Of a DNA stretch of 32,000 nucleotides, positions 18,229 through 27,474 are shown in pieces. Every line of letters begins with the position of its first letter. The first letter of the stretch is position 1. A program made the position numbers and the translations under genes. The DNA comes from Synechococcus sp. A15-28 (GTDB lineage: Bacteria; Cyanobacteriota; Cyanobacteriia; PCC-6307; Cyanobiaceae). A model generated the notes under the pieces. It saw only the letters and a list, made by a program, of their open reading frames with translations. It made no database searches and was not told where the DNA came from. The DNA is taken from NCBI RefSeq assembly GCF_014280175.1, contig NZ_CP047931.1:2100001-2132000 (forward strand), written 5' to 3'.

Positions 18229-20551
18229 CCCCGGTTCGGGCGATGTCGATCACATCGGCCATGGAACGGATCTGATCCATCGTGCGGCTGAGCTGGTCGG
18301 AACCGCGCAGTTCCACCCGCAGATCGATCCTCGCCGGACGCCCCGCGGCGGTTTTCACCTGGGCATCGCTGACGTTGATGGCCCCATCGGACAGCCGCAT
18401 CAGGATGTCCTTGAGAATGCCGACGCGGTCGATCACCTCGATCCGCAGCTGCACCGGGAAGCGTTGCAGAGGCTGGGCACCGTGGGTGTTCCAGCGCACC
18501 GGTAACCGACGTTCCTTGGGAATCGTCTCGACGTTGGCGCACTCCTGCCGGTGAATGGTGATGCCGTGGTTGCCAAGGGCCACCGTGCCGACGATCGGTT
18601 CACCGGGAAGAGGGCTGCAGCAGCCCCCCAGGCGATAGTCCAGCCCTTCGAGGCCAAGGATCGTGTCCACGCTGTGGCGATGATCCGACGTGGTCTCCCT
18701 GGGGGGGACGAGGGCCCTGGCCACCTCCTCGTTGCTGGGGGGAGCCGTGTCCTGCTCGGCGATCAGGCGGATCTCCTCGCGGAAGCGATTGAGCACCTGT
18801 TGCAACGTCACCGCACCGAAGCCGAGGGAGGCCAGCAGGTCATCTGTGGAACCAACGTTGCAGCGCTGAGCCACACGGGCCATGGCCGCACCGTTCAGGA
18901 GAGCTTCGAAGCCATCCCGTCCCAGTTCGCGCTCCAGCAACTCCTTACCCCGTTCGATCGTCTCGTCCCGGTGACTGCGCTTGTACCACTGGCGAATGCG
19001 ATTGCGGGCCGTGGGGGTGGCGACGAAATTGAGCCAGTCCAGGCTCGGATGGGCCGTGTTGCTGGTGAGGATCTGAACAAAGTCACCGTTCTGCAACGCC
19101 GTGGCCAGGGGGCAGAGCCGGTCGTTGATACGCGCACCATGGCAGTGGTTGCCCACCTCAGAGTGAATCCGGTAGGCGAAGTCCACCGGCGTTGCCCCCT
19201 TGCGCAGCCCGACCACATCGCCCTTCGGCGTGAACACGAACACCTCTTCATCGAAGAGGTCCTCCTTGATCGATGAGAGGTAGTCGTTGTGGTCGTCGTT
19301 GCCACCCTCCTGCTGCCAGTCCACCAGTTGCCGCAGCCAGTTGAAGCGTTCCGCCGCGCTGCTGCTGCTGGCCGGTGAGCCGCCCTCCTTGTATTTCCAG
19401 TGCGCGGCGATGCCGAATTCCGCCACCCGGTGCATCTCGATGGTGCGGATCTGCACCTCAATCGGCCGATGGCGTCCGATGACGGCGGTGTGCAGGGATT
19501 GATAGCCGTTCGGTTTGGGCAGACCGATGTAGTCTTTGAAGCGACCGGGAATGGGTCGGAAGGTGTCGTGCACTACCGCCAAAGCACGGTAGCAGCTCTC
19601 GACACTCGGCGTGATGATCCGCAGCGCGGCCACGTCGTAGATCTCGTGGAACGCCTTCTGCTGACGCTGCATCTTGCTCCAGATGCCGTAGAGGTGCTTG
19701 GGACGACCACTCACCTCACAACCCTCGAGTCCGGCCTGAGCCAAGCGGTCGTTCAGCAGGGCGACAGTGACGCCGAGACGCTCCTCCCGCTCACTGCGCT
19801 TGCTGGCCACCTCCTGCTGGATCTCTCGGAACGCCTCCGGCTCCAGCAACTTGAAGGCCAGGTCCTCCAGTTCCCATTTGAACCGCCCGATGCCCAAGCG
19901 GTTAGCAAGGGGGGCGTAGATCTCGCGGGTCTCCCGGGCGATGCGCTGGCGCTTCTCCTCCTTGAGCGCCCCCAGCGTCCGCATGTTGTGGAGCCGGTCG
20001 GCCAGTTTCACCAGCACCACCCGGATATCACTGGCCATCGCCAGAAACATCCGCCGCAGGTTCTCGGCCTGGGCCTCGGTGCGGTTGTTGAAGTGAATGC
20101 CGCCCAGTTTCGTCACCCCCTCCACCAGCTCGCGCACCTCAGAACCGAAATGCAGCTCGATCTGGTCGGGGGTGACGTCGGTGTCCTCCACCACGTCGTG
20201 CAGGAACCCGGCCGCGATCACGCTGGCGCTGGCACCGATGTCCCTCAGCAGATCGGCAACGGCAACGGGGTGAACGATGTAGGGATCACCACTGGCCCGG
20301 AATTGGCCCTCGTGCAGCTGAAACCCGAAATCAAAGGCCGCCACCAATAGGGCTTCTGGATCCGTCGGGCAGCTCGTCCCCAGGCCCGGTGGAACGTTGA
20401 GGATGCACTGCCGCAACCACTCCGGCAGGGCGATCTCGTACTCGTCCGGATGGCGGACCGGATGACGCCTCAGCTCCGGGCCACCGCACTGCACAGGCGC
20501 CGGAGCACTCTCGGTCCGGGAAGAGTCCTGTGGTGAGGAAGCGTCGAGCAT
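18221..20551 (-). CDS. spoT: Bifunctional (p)ppGpp synthetase/hydrolase (RelA/SpoT homologue)
   Basis: It is 776 aa. It has an HD hydrolase region (HPVAVADLL...HDVVEDT), a synthetase region (YRALAVVHD, GYQSLHT, EVQIRT) and a TGS region (VFTPKGDVV). It also has a C-terminal ACT-like region. Confidence 0.92.
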   Translation of the reverse strand: MLDASSPQDSSRTESAPAPVQCGGPELRRHPVRHPDEYEIALPEWLRQCILNVPPGLGTSCPTDPEALLVAAFDFGFQLHEGQFRASGDPYIVHPVAVADLLRDIGASASVIAAGFLHDVVEDTDVTPDQIELHFGSEVRELVEGVTKLGGIHFNNRTEAQAENLRRMFLAMASDIRVVLVKLADRLHNMRTLGALKEEKRQRIARETREIYAPLANRLGIGRFKWELEDLAFKLLEPEAFREIQQEVASKRSEREERLGVTVALLNDRLAQAGLEGCEVSGRPKHLYGIWSKMQRQQKAFHEIYDVAALRIITPSVESCYRALAVVHDTFRPIPGRFKDYIGLPKPNGYQSLHTAVIGRHRPIEVQIRTIEMHRVAEFGIAAHWKYKEGGSPASSSSAAERFNWLRQLVDWQQEGGNDDHNDYLSSIKEDLFDEEVFVFTPKGDVVGLRKGATPVDFAYRIHSEVGNHCHGARINDRLCPLATALQNGDFVQILTSNTAHPSLDWLNFVATPTARNRIRQWYKRSHRDETIERGKELLERELGRDGFEALLNGAAMARVAQRCNVGSTDDLLASLGFGAVTLQQVLNRFREEIRLIAEQDTAPPSNEEVARALVPPRETTSDHRHSVDTILGLEGLDYRLGGCCSPLPGEPIVGTVALGNHGITIHRQECANVETIPKERRLPVRWNTHGAQPLQRFPVQLRIEVIDRVGILKDILMRLSDGAINVSDAQVKTAAGRPARIDLRVELRGSDQLSRTMDQIRSMADVIDIARTGVS

Positions 20552-20604
20552 CCGACCCAGCGGGTCAATCCATGGTATGCAGTGCTCGACCCCCCGTCCT
20601 CTCC

Positions 20605-22197
20605 ATGTCGCGCCCTGTCCTGGAGCTCGAACAGCTGCGGCTGCGCTACCCGGGCAGTGATCGCTGGACCCTCAATGGCCTTGACCTGAGCCTGATGTCC
20701 GGAGAGACCATGGCCCTGGTGGGCTCCTCGGGCTGTGGCAAGAGCACCGTGGCCCGCGCCGTGATGCAGTTGCTGCCCCCGGGCACCCAGTGCGAGGGAA
20801 GCTTGCGGTTGACCGGCATCGACCCACGGACGTTGGATCGCCCCGCTCTGCGACGGCTGCGGGGTCAGGCCGCCGGGCTGGTGTTTCAGGACCCGATGAC
20901 CCGGCTGAATCCGTTGATGACGGTCGGCGCTCATCTGCTGGATACCCTGAAGGCCCATCGACCGGACAGCAGCGACCGCTGGCGGCGCCAGCGCTGTGAT
21001 GAGCTGCTGGAGCGGGTGGGCATTGGCGCCCGGCGTCGGCGCGCGTTCCCCCATGAACTGAGCGGTGGCATGCGTCAGCGCCTGGCCATCGCCCTCGCCA
21101 TTGCGCTCGAACCGCCTCTGCTCATCGCCGATGAGCCCACCACCAGCCTGGATGTCGCCGTGGCCGGGCAGGTCATGGCCGAGCTGAGCGGTCTTTGCGC
21201 GGAAATGGGCAGTGCCCTGCTGTTGATCAGCCACGATCTGGCCATGGCAGCGCGCTGGTGTGAGCGCATGGCGATGCTCGATGGTGGCCTCAAGGTGGAG
21301 GACGGCCCGAGCCGACAGCTGCTGACGCAGCCCCGTTCCGAGGTCGGGCAGCGATTGGTGGCCTCGGCCCGGGCCCGGGAAGGGGGGCAGACGCCGTCGA
21401 GGCCCAAAGCTCAACCGGTGCTGACCGTGGACGCGATGCGCTGCTGGCACAGCGTCGGCGGCACCCCCTGGTCCCCCGTCTGGCTCAAGGCGGTGGATGG
21501 CATCAGCCTGGAGTTACGCGCCGGAGAAAGCCTCGGAGTCGTGGGAGCCTCCGGCTGCGGCAAGAGCACCCTCTGCCGGGCCTTGATGGGTCTCAACACC
21601 ATTCGCGGCGGCCGCGTTGACCTGTTGGGCCAGAACCTGCTCAACCTCAAGGGTGAACCGTTGCGCCAGGCACGCCGAGTCCTGCAGATGGTGTTTCAGG
21701 ACCCACTGGCCTGTCTCAATCCGGCCCTGAGCGTGGCGGAGGCCATTGCCGACCCCTTACTCATTCATGGCCTGTGCAGTAAGGCTGCCGCCCGCCAGCG
21801 GGCACGGGAGCTGATGGAGCGGGTTGGCCTCAACCCAGCTGAACAGTTCCAGGATCGTCTTCCCCGCCAACTCTCCGGCGGACAGCAACAGCGGGTGGCC
21901 ATTGCCCGGGCCCTGGCGCTGCAGCCGAAGGTGCTGATCTGCGACGAAAGCGTCAGCATGCTGGATGCTGAGGTGCAGGCCGAGGTGCTGGCGCTGCTGC
22001 GGGAGCTGCAGCAGGAGCTGGGGCTGGCGATGATTTTCGTGACGCACGACCTCTCAGTGGCCAGCGGGTTCTGTCATCGCGTGATCGTGTTGGACAAGGG
22101 GGAGATCGTGGAGGAAGGACCGGGTGAGCGGATCTTCCAGGCCCCTCAGGCCGCCATCAGCCGCACGCTGGTGGATGCATGTCCGCGCTTGCCTTGA
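20605..22197 (+). CDS. ABC transporter ATP-binding protein with two fused NBDs (Dpp/Opp/Nik-type)
   Basis: Walker A is GSSGCGKST and GASGCGKST. The signatures are [12 protein letters not shown] and [12 protein letters not shown]. Walker B is LLIADEPT and VLICDES. I chose the ATG at 20605 ([11 protein letters not shown]). Confidence 0.85.
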   Translation: MSRPVLELEQLRLRYPGSDRWTLNGLDLSLMSGETMALVGSSGCGKSTVARAVMQLLPPGTQCEGSLRLTGIDPRTLDRPALRRLRGQAAGLVFQDPMTRLNPLMTVGAHLLDTLKAHRPDSSDRWRRQRCDELLERVGIGARRRRAFPHELSGGMRQRLAIALAIALEPPLLIADEPTTSLDVAVAGQVMAELSGLCAEMGSALLLISHDLAMAARWCERMAMLDGGLKVEDGPSRQLLTQPRSEVGQRLVASARAREGGQTPSRPKAQPVLTVDAMRCWHSVGGTPWSPVWLKAVDGISLELRAGESLGVVGASGCGKSTLCRALMGLNTIRGGRVDLLGQNLLNLKGEPLRQARRVLQMVFQDPLACLNPALSVAEAIADPLLIHGLCSKAAARQRARELMERVGLNPAEQFQDRLPRQLSGGQQQRVAIARALALQPKVLICDESVSMLDAEVQAEVLALLRELQQELGLAMIFVTHDLSVASGFCHRVIVLDKGEIVEEGPGERIFQAPQAAISRTLVDACPRLP

Positions 22198-22226
22198 CAC
22201 CCTTGGTGGGTTGCTGCCATCGGCCC

Positions 22227-22934
22227 ATGGGATCCCGTGTCCGCACTGCTATCGCTGTGGCAGGTCTTCTGCTGATCTGGAGAGGATCACCGGCTCTCGC
22301 CACACCACCCCAGGTGGTGGAGGTGCCCGCCGGGCCGGCCTTTGTCCAGCGACCGGGGGAAGCTCAGATCCCCGCTCGTCAGGGGCAGTCGCTGATCCCA
22401 TCCACCCTGCTGCGCACCAGCAAACCCGGACGAATGCAGGTGAAGCTCAGCAACGGCCGCCAGTTCCGCATGGGGGGCGATGCCAAGCTGAAGCTGGCGG
22501 GTGCGGGCGTCGAACTGCTGAAGGGATCGATCATCGGCTGGATCAGTCCATCCATCACCAACCGACGTCCGTTTCAGATCCGCACGCGACTGGCCACCGC
22601 ATCAATCCAGGGAACCACGGTGTTTCTGGAACTCAATGATGACACCTTCCGCGTGTTCAGCTGGGAAGGGGCCGTGCAGGTGCGCACCAAGGACGGCGAG
22701 GAATTCACGCTGCAGAGCGGCCAGCAACTGCTGCTGGATCTCAAACGCCAGCTCGATGACACCCGGGGACGGGTCACGGATGCCATCGAATGGGAGCCCC
22801 CAGCCCCCATGGCCAACACCGACATTGATCGGAGGATGAAGGGCAGTGCCTTGATCAATGGCTTTTCGACACCGCTGGACACCCTTCCCATCATCGAGCG
22901 GGAACTGGGGACCAGCGCCGCGCCACGAGATTGA
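22227..22934 (+). CDS. Secreted FecR-domain protein
   Basis: The signal peptide is MGSRVRTAIAVAGLLLIWRGSPALA|TPP. The FecR-like beta-rich core reads GQSLIPSTLLRTSKPGRMQVKLSNGRQFRMGGDAKLKL ... IRTRLATASIQGTTVFLE ... VFSWEGAVQV. An alternative ATG lies at 22179. Confidence 0.7.
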   Translation: MGSRVRTAIAVAGLLLIWRGSPALATPPQVVEVPAGPAFVQRPGEAQIPARQGQSLIPSTLLRTSKPGRMQVKLSNGRQFRMGGDAKLKLAGAGVELLKGSIIGWISPSITNRRPFQIRTRLATASIQGTTVFLELNDDTFRVFSWEGAVQVRTKDGEEFTLQSGQQLLLDLKRQLDDTRGRVTDAIEWEPPAPMANTDIDRRMKGSALINGFSTPLDTLPIIERELGTSAAPRD

Positions 22935-24727
22935 TGAAGCGATGGGCCATGCCGGTGCTCTGGCGGCTGGGGGTGGTGATTCCGCTCCTGCTGGCACCGG
23001 CCTTGGCGACAGCCGATGCCCTCACCCACCAACTGCTGATGCAATGGCGCGGTGCCAGGCCGCTTCCGGATGACCTGGTTCTCATCGGCGTGGATGAAGC
23101 CTCCCTCGATCCGGCCTTGGCGGACTTCGGGCCTTGGCCATGGCCGCGCAGTGTTCAGGCCACCCTGGCCGCCCTCCCCCTTAAGCATGGGGCGTCGCAG
23201 GTGGTGTTCAACATCGTCCATTCCGGCGCCAGCGGTTTCGGGCCGGAGGACGACGCGGGCTTTGTGCAGCAGCTTCTGCCTTGGCGAGAGCGCGTTGTGC
23301 TCAGTGCGAGCTACATCCGCCAGCAGGCCAGTGACCTGGAACAGGTCCAACTGCGACGCCCTCAGGCCGAGCAATTCCCGAGGGTGGGCCTGTCGAGTTT
23401 CGTGCTGAACAGTTTCGGCGTGGTGGAGGCAACACCCGGCCAGGAGGAACTGGAGCGAATGCTCTCCGGATTTCCCCAACCCTGGCCCAAACCGCTGGCC
23501 AATGTGACTGCAGCCACTTCGGTGCCGCGGCATGACACCGGCCTGGAGGTGCTGGGTCCGGCCGGTCATATCCCGATCATCCCGGCCTGGGGGGTGACCG
23601 ACCTGCCGGCGGACAGCTGGAGGGGCAAGACGGTGATCATCGGCGCCACGGCCCCGTCTCTTGGAGATCAACTGGAAACACCCTTTGGTCAACTGAGCGG
23701 ATCGGAGGTGCTGTACGCCGCCATTGCAGGAGAACTCCAGGGCAAGGGGTTCCGCAGACCCCACCCGGCCCTCTGGAGTTGCCTTGCCCTGGTCTGGGGA
23801 CTGCTGCTGCTCTGGCGCATCAATGTGGGCCGGACCGCAGCCGCCACCACCACCGCAGGCCTCCTGCTCGCGGGGCTGGGGGGCGGAGTCACCGTGCTGG
23901 GCTGGGTCTCCGGTTTCTGGCTGCCAGCCACGGCGCTCTGTCTGTCGCCACTGCTCGGGGGTGGCCTGCGGGCGACGGCTCAGTTTCAGCACGAAAGTCG
24001 TCAGCGACGGTTTTTGCACACCGTGCTTTCTCGCCGCGTCTCCCCCACCCTGATGGCCGACATGGTCCGCTCTGGAGAAGCGGTGTGGACCCAGCTTGGG
24101 GGGCAACGAAGCCGCTGCGTGGTGCTGTTCACCGATCTGGTGGGGTTCACCACCCGCAGCAGCGTGATGGAACCCGACACGCTGTTCGCACTGATGAATC
24201 GCTACTTCGAGGCGATTTCTGCTCCTGTTCTGCAGGAGCAAGGACTGCTCGACAAGTTCATCGGTGATGCGCTGATGGCGGAATTCGGAATCCCCCACAA
24301 CCGCGGCGACCGGGAGGAAGCCCTGGCGGCAGTCCGTGCTGCTCTAGCGATGCAGAGCAATCTCGACAGCTTGAACACAACCCTGGAGGCTGAGGGGGTG
24401 GAACCCCTCGCCCAAGGCATTGGAATGCATTTCGGTGAGGTAATGGCTGGCAATCTCGGCTCAAGCCATCGCCTGGAGTACACGGTGATCGGTTCGGCGG
24501 TGAATGTGGCCAGCCGCCTGGAAGGGTTGACCCGACGCTTCAAGGAGCATCCGATCCTGATCAGTGGGGAACTGCGGGAGTTGCTCGGGGATGCCGTGGA
24601 GGTGGTCGACCTCGGGCCACAGATGGTGAAGGGATGGCCCACTCCCGTGCAGGTCTTCGGGCTGAAGGGGCTCAACACCCCAAAGACCGACCGATCTGAT
24701 CGGATTAACCTGAGACGGGCGGTTTGA
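22934..24727 (+). CDS. CHASE2 sensor-domain class III adenylate/guanylate cyclase (Lys/Thr, IIIb-type)
   Basis: An N-terminal TM/signal segment is followed by an extracytoplasmic region of about 250 aa (LIGVDEASL..., PWPRS, IIGATAPSLGDQ) and three TM helices (about residues 281-345). The catalytic domain carries VVLFTDLVGFT, DKFIGDALMAEFG, GIGMHFGEVMAGNLG and EYTVIGSAVNVASRLE. The ATG at 22934 shares 1 nt with the FecR stop (TGATG). Confidence 0.88.
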   Translation: MKRWAMPVLWRLGVVIPLLLAPALATADALTHQLLMQWRGARPLPDDLVLIGVDEASLDPALADFGPWPWPRSVQATLAALPLKHGASQVVFNIVHSGASGFGPEDDAGFVQQLLPWRERVVLSASYIRQQASDLEQVQLRRPQAEQFPRVGLSSFVLNSFGVVEATPGQEELERMLSGFPQPWPKPLANVTAATSVPRHDTGLEVLGPAGHIPIIPAWGVTDLPADSWRGKTVIIGATAPSLGDQLETPFGQLSGSEVLYAAIAGELQGKGFRRPHPALWSCLALVWGLLLLWRINVGRTAAATTTAGLLLAGLGGGVTVLGWVSGFWLPATALCLSPLLGGGLRATAQFQHESRQRRFLHTVLSRRVSPTLMADMVRSGEAVWTQLGGQRSRCVVLFTDLVGFTTRSSVMEPDTLFALMNRYFEAISAPVLQEQGLLDKFIGDALMAEFGIPHNRGDREEALAAVRAALAMQSNLDSLNTTLEAEGVEPLAQGIGMHFGEVMAGNLGSSHRLEYTVIGSAVNVASRLEGLTRRFKEHPILISGELRELLGDAVEVVDLGPQMVKGWPTPVQVFGLKGLNTPKTDRSDRINLRRAV

Positions 24728-24731
24728 GGCC

Positions 24732-25403
24732 ATGTCCTTCCCCTCTTTCCTGCGCGAACTGGGCCAGTTGATTCAGGAGCGTGCGGTGATCAGCTGCACT
24801 CATCCGCGCCTGGTGGCGATGGATACTGTCAATGAGCTGGCAGGACTCACCTGCGCCCATCCAGGTCTGATCACAGCATCCGGTTCAGACGTGCTCTCCC
24901 ACCTTGAGCGACATCCTGCCAAGGCAATTCTGTTCATCACAGAACATGTTCAAGACGGCCACGGCCTCGAGTTGATCCGAGAGGTGCATCGACGCGATTC
25001 GAGTCACCGCAGCGTGTTGATCCTCACGGACAATCACGGTCACAGCGTTCAAACACTGCAGGATCCAGCTTTAGCAGCTGTTGTGCTGGATCAGAACATC
25101 GGCGGGCCGACCTGCGTTCTCACCAAGGCCCTGGCCGCGGTGAACCACGGCGAACGCTTCGTGGACCCTGCCATCAGCACCGGCGCCAAGACAGACGTAA
25201 CGATGGAAAGCCTCAGCGACAGGGAACGGGAAGTACTGAGCCTGGTGGCCGACGGACTGAGCAATAAGGAAGTTGCAGAGCGCCTCCACCTCGCCTCCAC
25301 CACCGTGCGCGACCACATGCAATCCGTGATGCGCAAACTCCAGGTGAAAAGCCGCACCGGAGCGGCGGTGGCTGGGTTTCGGCAGGGACTGCTAACAGCC
25401 TGA
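24732..25403 (+). CDS. LuxR/NarL-type HTH transcriptional regulator with a degenerate (pseudo-)receiver domain
   Basis: The C-terminal HTH is LSDREREVLSLVADGLSNKEVAERLHLASTTVRDHMQSVMRKLQV. The N-terminal 135 aa align by eye with a REC fold but carry SCTHP, FITEH and VVLDQ at the DD, phospho-Asp and Lys positions. It starts 4 nt after the cyclase stop. Confidence 0.85.
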   Translation: MSFPSFLRELGQLIQERAVISCTHPRLVAMDTVNELAGLTCAHPGLITASGSDVLSHLERHPAKAILFITEHVQDGHGLELIREVHRRDSSHRSVLILTDNHGHSVQTLQDPALAAVVLDQNIGGPTCVLTKALAAVNHGERFVDPAISTGAKTDVTMESLSDREREVLSLVADGLSNKEVAERLHLASTTVRDHMQSVMRKLQVKSRTGAAVAGFRQGLLTA

Positions 25404-25615
25404 ATCAGGCTGCCCTGGACACGTCGCTGGACGCTGGCACGATCCTGTCCCGCGGCTGATCGACGACAATCAGATGCCGTCTGATGTGGGTCGGCATCAC
25501 CTGATTGCGCAGCGAGCGCAGCAGGGCAGACACCCAGATGCGGCGGCAACGCAAACGGATGGCCACGATCAATCGTTCCAAGAATTGGTCTATGGAAAAG
25601 AGTTCCTGCGATTTG

Positions 25616-26611
25616 TCAAGCGATTCGCCTGCGCAGGACCTCCAGCAACCGCTCGATCACGGGCGGCAGGGGCGCTTGAAACAGCATGCGTTCGCCGCTG
25701 ATCGGATGATCCAGACCCAGTTCAAAGGCATGCAGCGCCTGGCCCGGCAACTCCATCGGCAATTTGCGGCAGCGGCTGTAGGTGGGATCCCCCACCACCG
25801 GATGGTTCATATGGGCGCAGTGCACCCGGATCTGATGGGTACGGCCGGTGTCCAGCTTGAAGCGCAGCAGTGAGTAATCCCCCAGCCGTTCCTGCAAGGT
25901 CCAGTGGGTGCAGGCATAACGACCGGAGTCATCGCTGACCACGGCGTACTTTTTGCGATCGGCAGGATGGCGGCCGATGGCGCCCACGATCCTGCCGCTG
26001 TCGCCACCTGGCACACCGTGCACCACGGCCAGATACTCCCGTGAAGCGATCCGCTTCTGGATCTGCCCCTGCAACCGCACCAGCGCCTCCTGGGATTTGG
26101 CGATGACGATGCAACCGGTGGTGTCCTTGTCCAGACGGTGCACGATGCCCGGCCGCAGCTTGCCGCTGATGCCAGGGAGATCAGGGCAGTGATGCAGCAG
26201 GCCGTTCACCAGCGTGCCGTCCTTGTTGCCAGGAGCCGGATGCACCGTGAGGCCCGCTGGCTTGTTGACCACGATCAGGTGGTCGTCCTCGAACAAGACG
26301 TCCAACTCCATCGCTTCCGGCTTCAGGTAGGGGAGCGGTTCCGGTGGTGGCATCCACAGCTGGACTTCATCGCCTTGACGCAGAGGTGTTTTGGCCTTGC
26401 CGGTTTTTCCGTTCACCCGCACGTAACCGGCATCAATGAATTTCTGGATCCGGGCGCGGCTTTGCTCCGTGCGCTGACTCACCAACCAGCGGTCCAGCCG
26501 CATGGGAAGCGGTTTGGGGTAAACAAGCGTCAGCAATTCACCCTCACCTTCTCCGAAGGACGCACTGAAGGTCTCCTCCGGTAGGGGAGGTCGCTTCCAG
26601 GTGGGGCTCAT
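25616..26611 (-). CDS. rluD: RluA-family 23S rRNA pseudouridine synthase (RluD-like) with an S4 domain
   Basis: RLDRWL (S4), the catalytic HRLDKDTTG, YLAVV and HQIRVH are present. The ATG overlaps the rbgA stop (ATGA). Confidence 0.88.
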   Translation of the reverse strand: MSPTWKRPPLPEETFSASFGEGEGELLTLVYPKPLPMRLDRWLVSQRTEQSRARIQKFIDAGYVRVNGKTGKAKTPLRQGDEVQLWMPPPEPLPYLKPEAMELDVLFEDDHLIVVNKPAGLTVHPAPGNKDGTLVNGLLHHCPDLPGISGKLRPGIVHRLDKDTTGCIVIAKSQEALVRLQGQIQKRIASREYLAVVHGVPGGDSGRIVGAIGRHPADRKKYAVVSDDSGRYACTHWTLQERLGDYSLLRFKLDTGRTHQIRVHCAHMNHPVVGDPTYSRCRKLPMELPGQALHAFELGLDHPISGERMLFQAPLPPVIERLLEVLRRRIA

Positions 26612-27474
26612 GCCGGCAGCTCCAAGGCAATGCTGCCCAGGGCGGATTTACGGAAGTCATCCAACAAGCGCTGGGCCATCCGAGCCGTATCACCGGAGGT
26701 GTGGCGCTGGGCTGCAGCCTCCAACCAATAGGCGGGATCCGCTGTCTCGTCCTGGACGGGAATGCCGTAGCGCTTCTCCAGAACGGCCATGGCAACGCCA
26801 GAGGCCTGCTGCGGCTGCAGCTCCATCAGCAACTGCAGAAAGGCCTGAGCCACCAGCTCGCCGTCGTAGGCGGCCTGACCGATGTCGTCGCAGAGGGCCA
26901 GGTGAAGCGCCGCCTGCTGATCATCCAGCCGCGGCGGCAACACCCCGGGGGCATCGAGCAGATCGAGGTCCTGCCCCAGCCGCACCCAACGCAAGGTGCG
27001 GGTGACGCCAGCCCGCCGGGCACTGGCCACCACCTTCTGCTTCACCAGACGGTTGATCAGCGCTGACTTGCCCACGTTTGGGAAGCCCAGCGTCAGAGCC
27101 CGCACCGGGCGGGGCCGCATGCCGCGGTTGCGACGTCGTTCATTCAGCTGATCACCGGCTCGGATTGCTGCCTGCTGCACCTGCTTCACACCGGTGCCCG
27201 CCTTGGCATCGCACCAGACCGTGCGCTGGCCGCGGCCCTTGAACCAGGCCTCCCAGGCCTCCCGAGCCGCCGGCGTCACCATGTCGCGCCGGTTGATCAC
27301 CAGCAGGTGCTGCTTTCCCTTGAGCCAACGGTCCAGATGGGGATGCCCCGTCGCCAGGGGGATCCGGGCATCTCGGACTTCAATCACCAAATCCACCTTG
27401 TCGAGGTGTCGGCTGAGCTGCTGCTCCGCCTTGGCGATGTGGCCGGGGTACCACTGGATGGCCGGGGTACTCAC
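26608..27474 (-). CDS. rbgA: Ribosome biogenesis GTPase A (YlqF/RbgA, circularly permuted GTPase)
   Basis: [28 protein letters not shown] and [14 protein letters not shown] then DAPGV are present. The start is a GTG at 27474. Confidence 0.88.

Noticed and set aside
20470-21450. A 326-aa - strand ORF overlapping the spoT start and the ABC ATPase.
   Set aside because: It is antisense to the Walker A/signature-bearing ABC gene and has no motifs. It is a GC shadow ORF.
22574-24298. A 574-aa - strand ORF.
   Set aside because: It is antisense to the FecR-domain and CHASE2-cyclase genes, which have clear domain signatures. It is low-complexity and Arg/Gly/Pro-rich.
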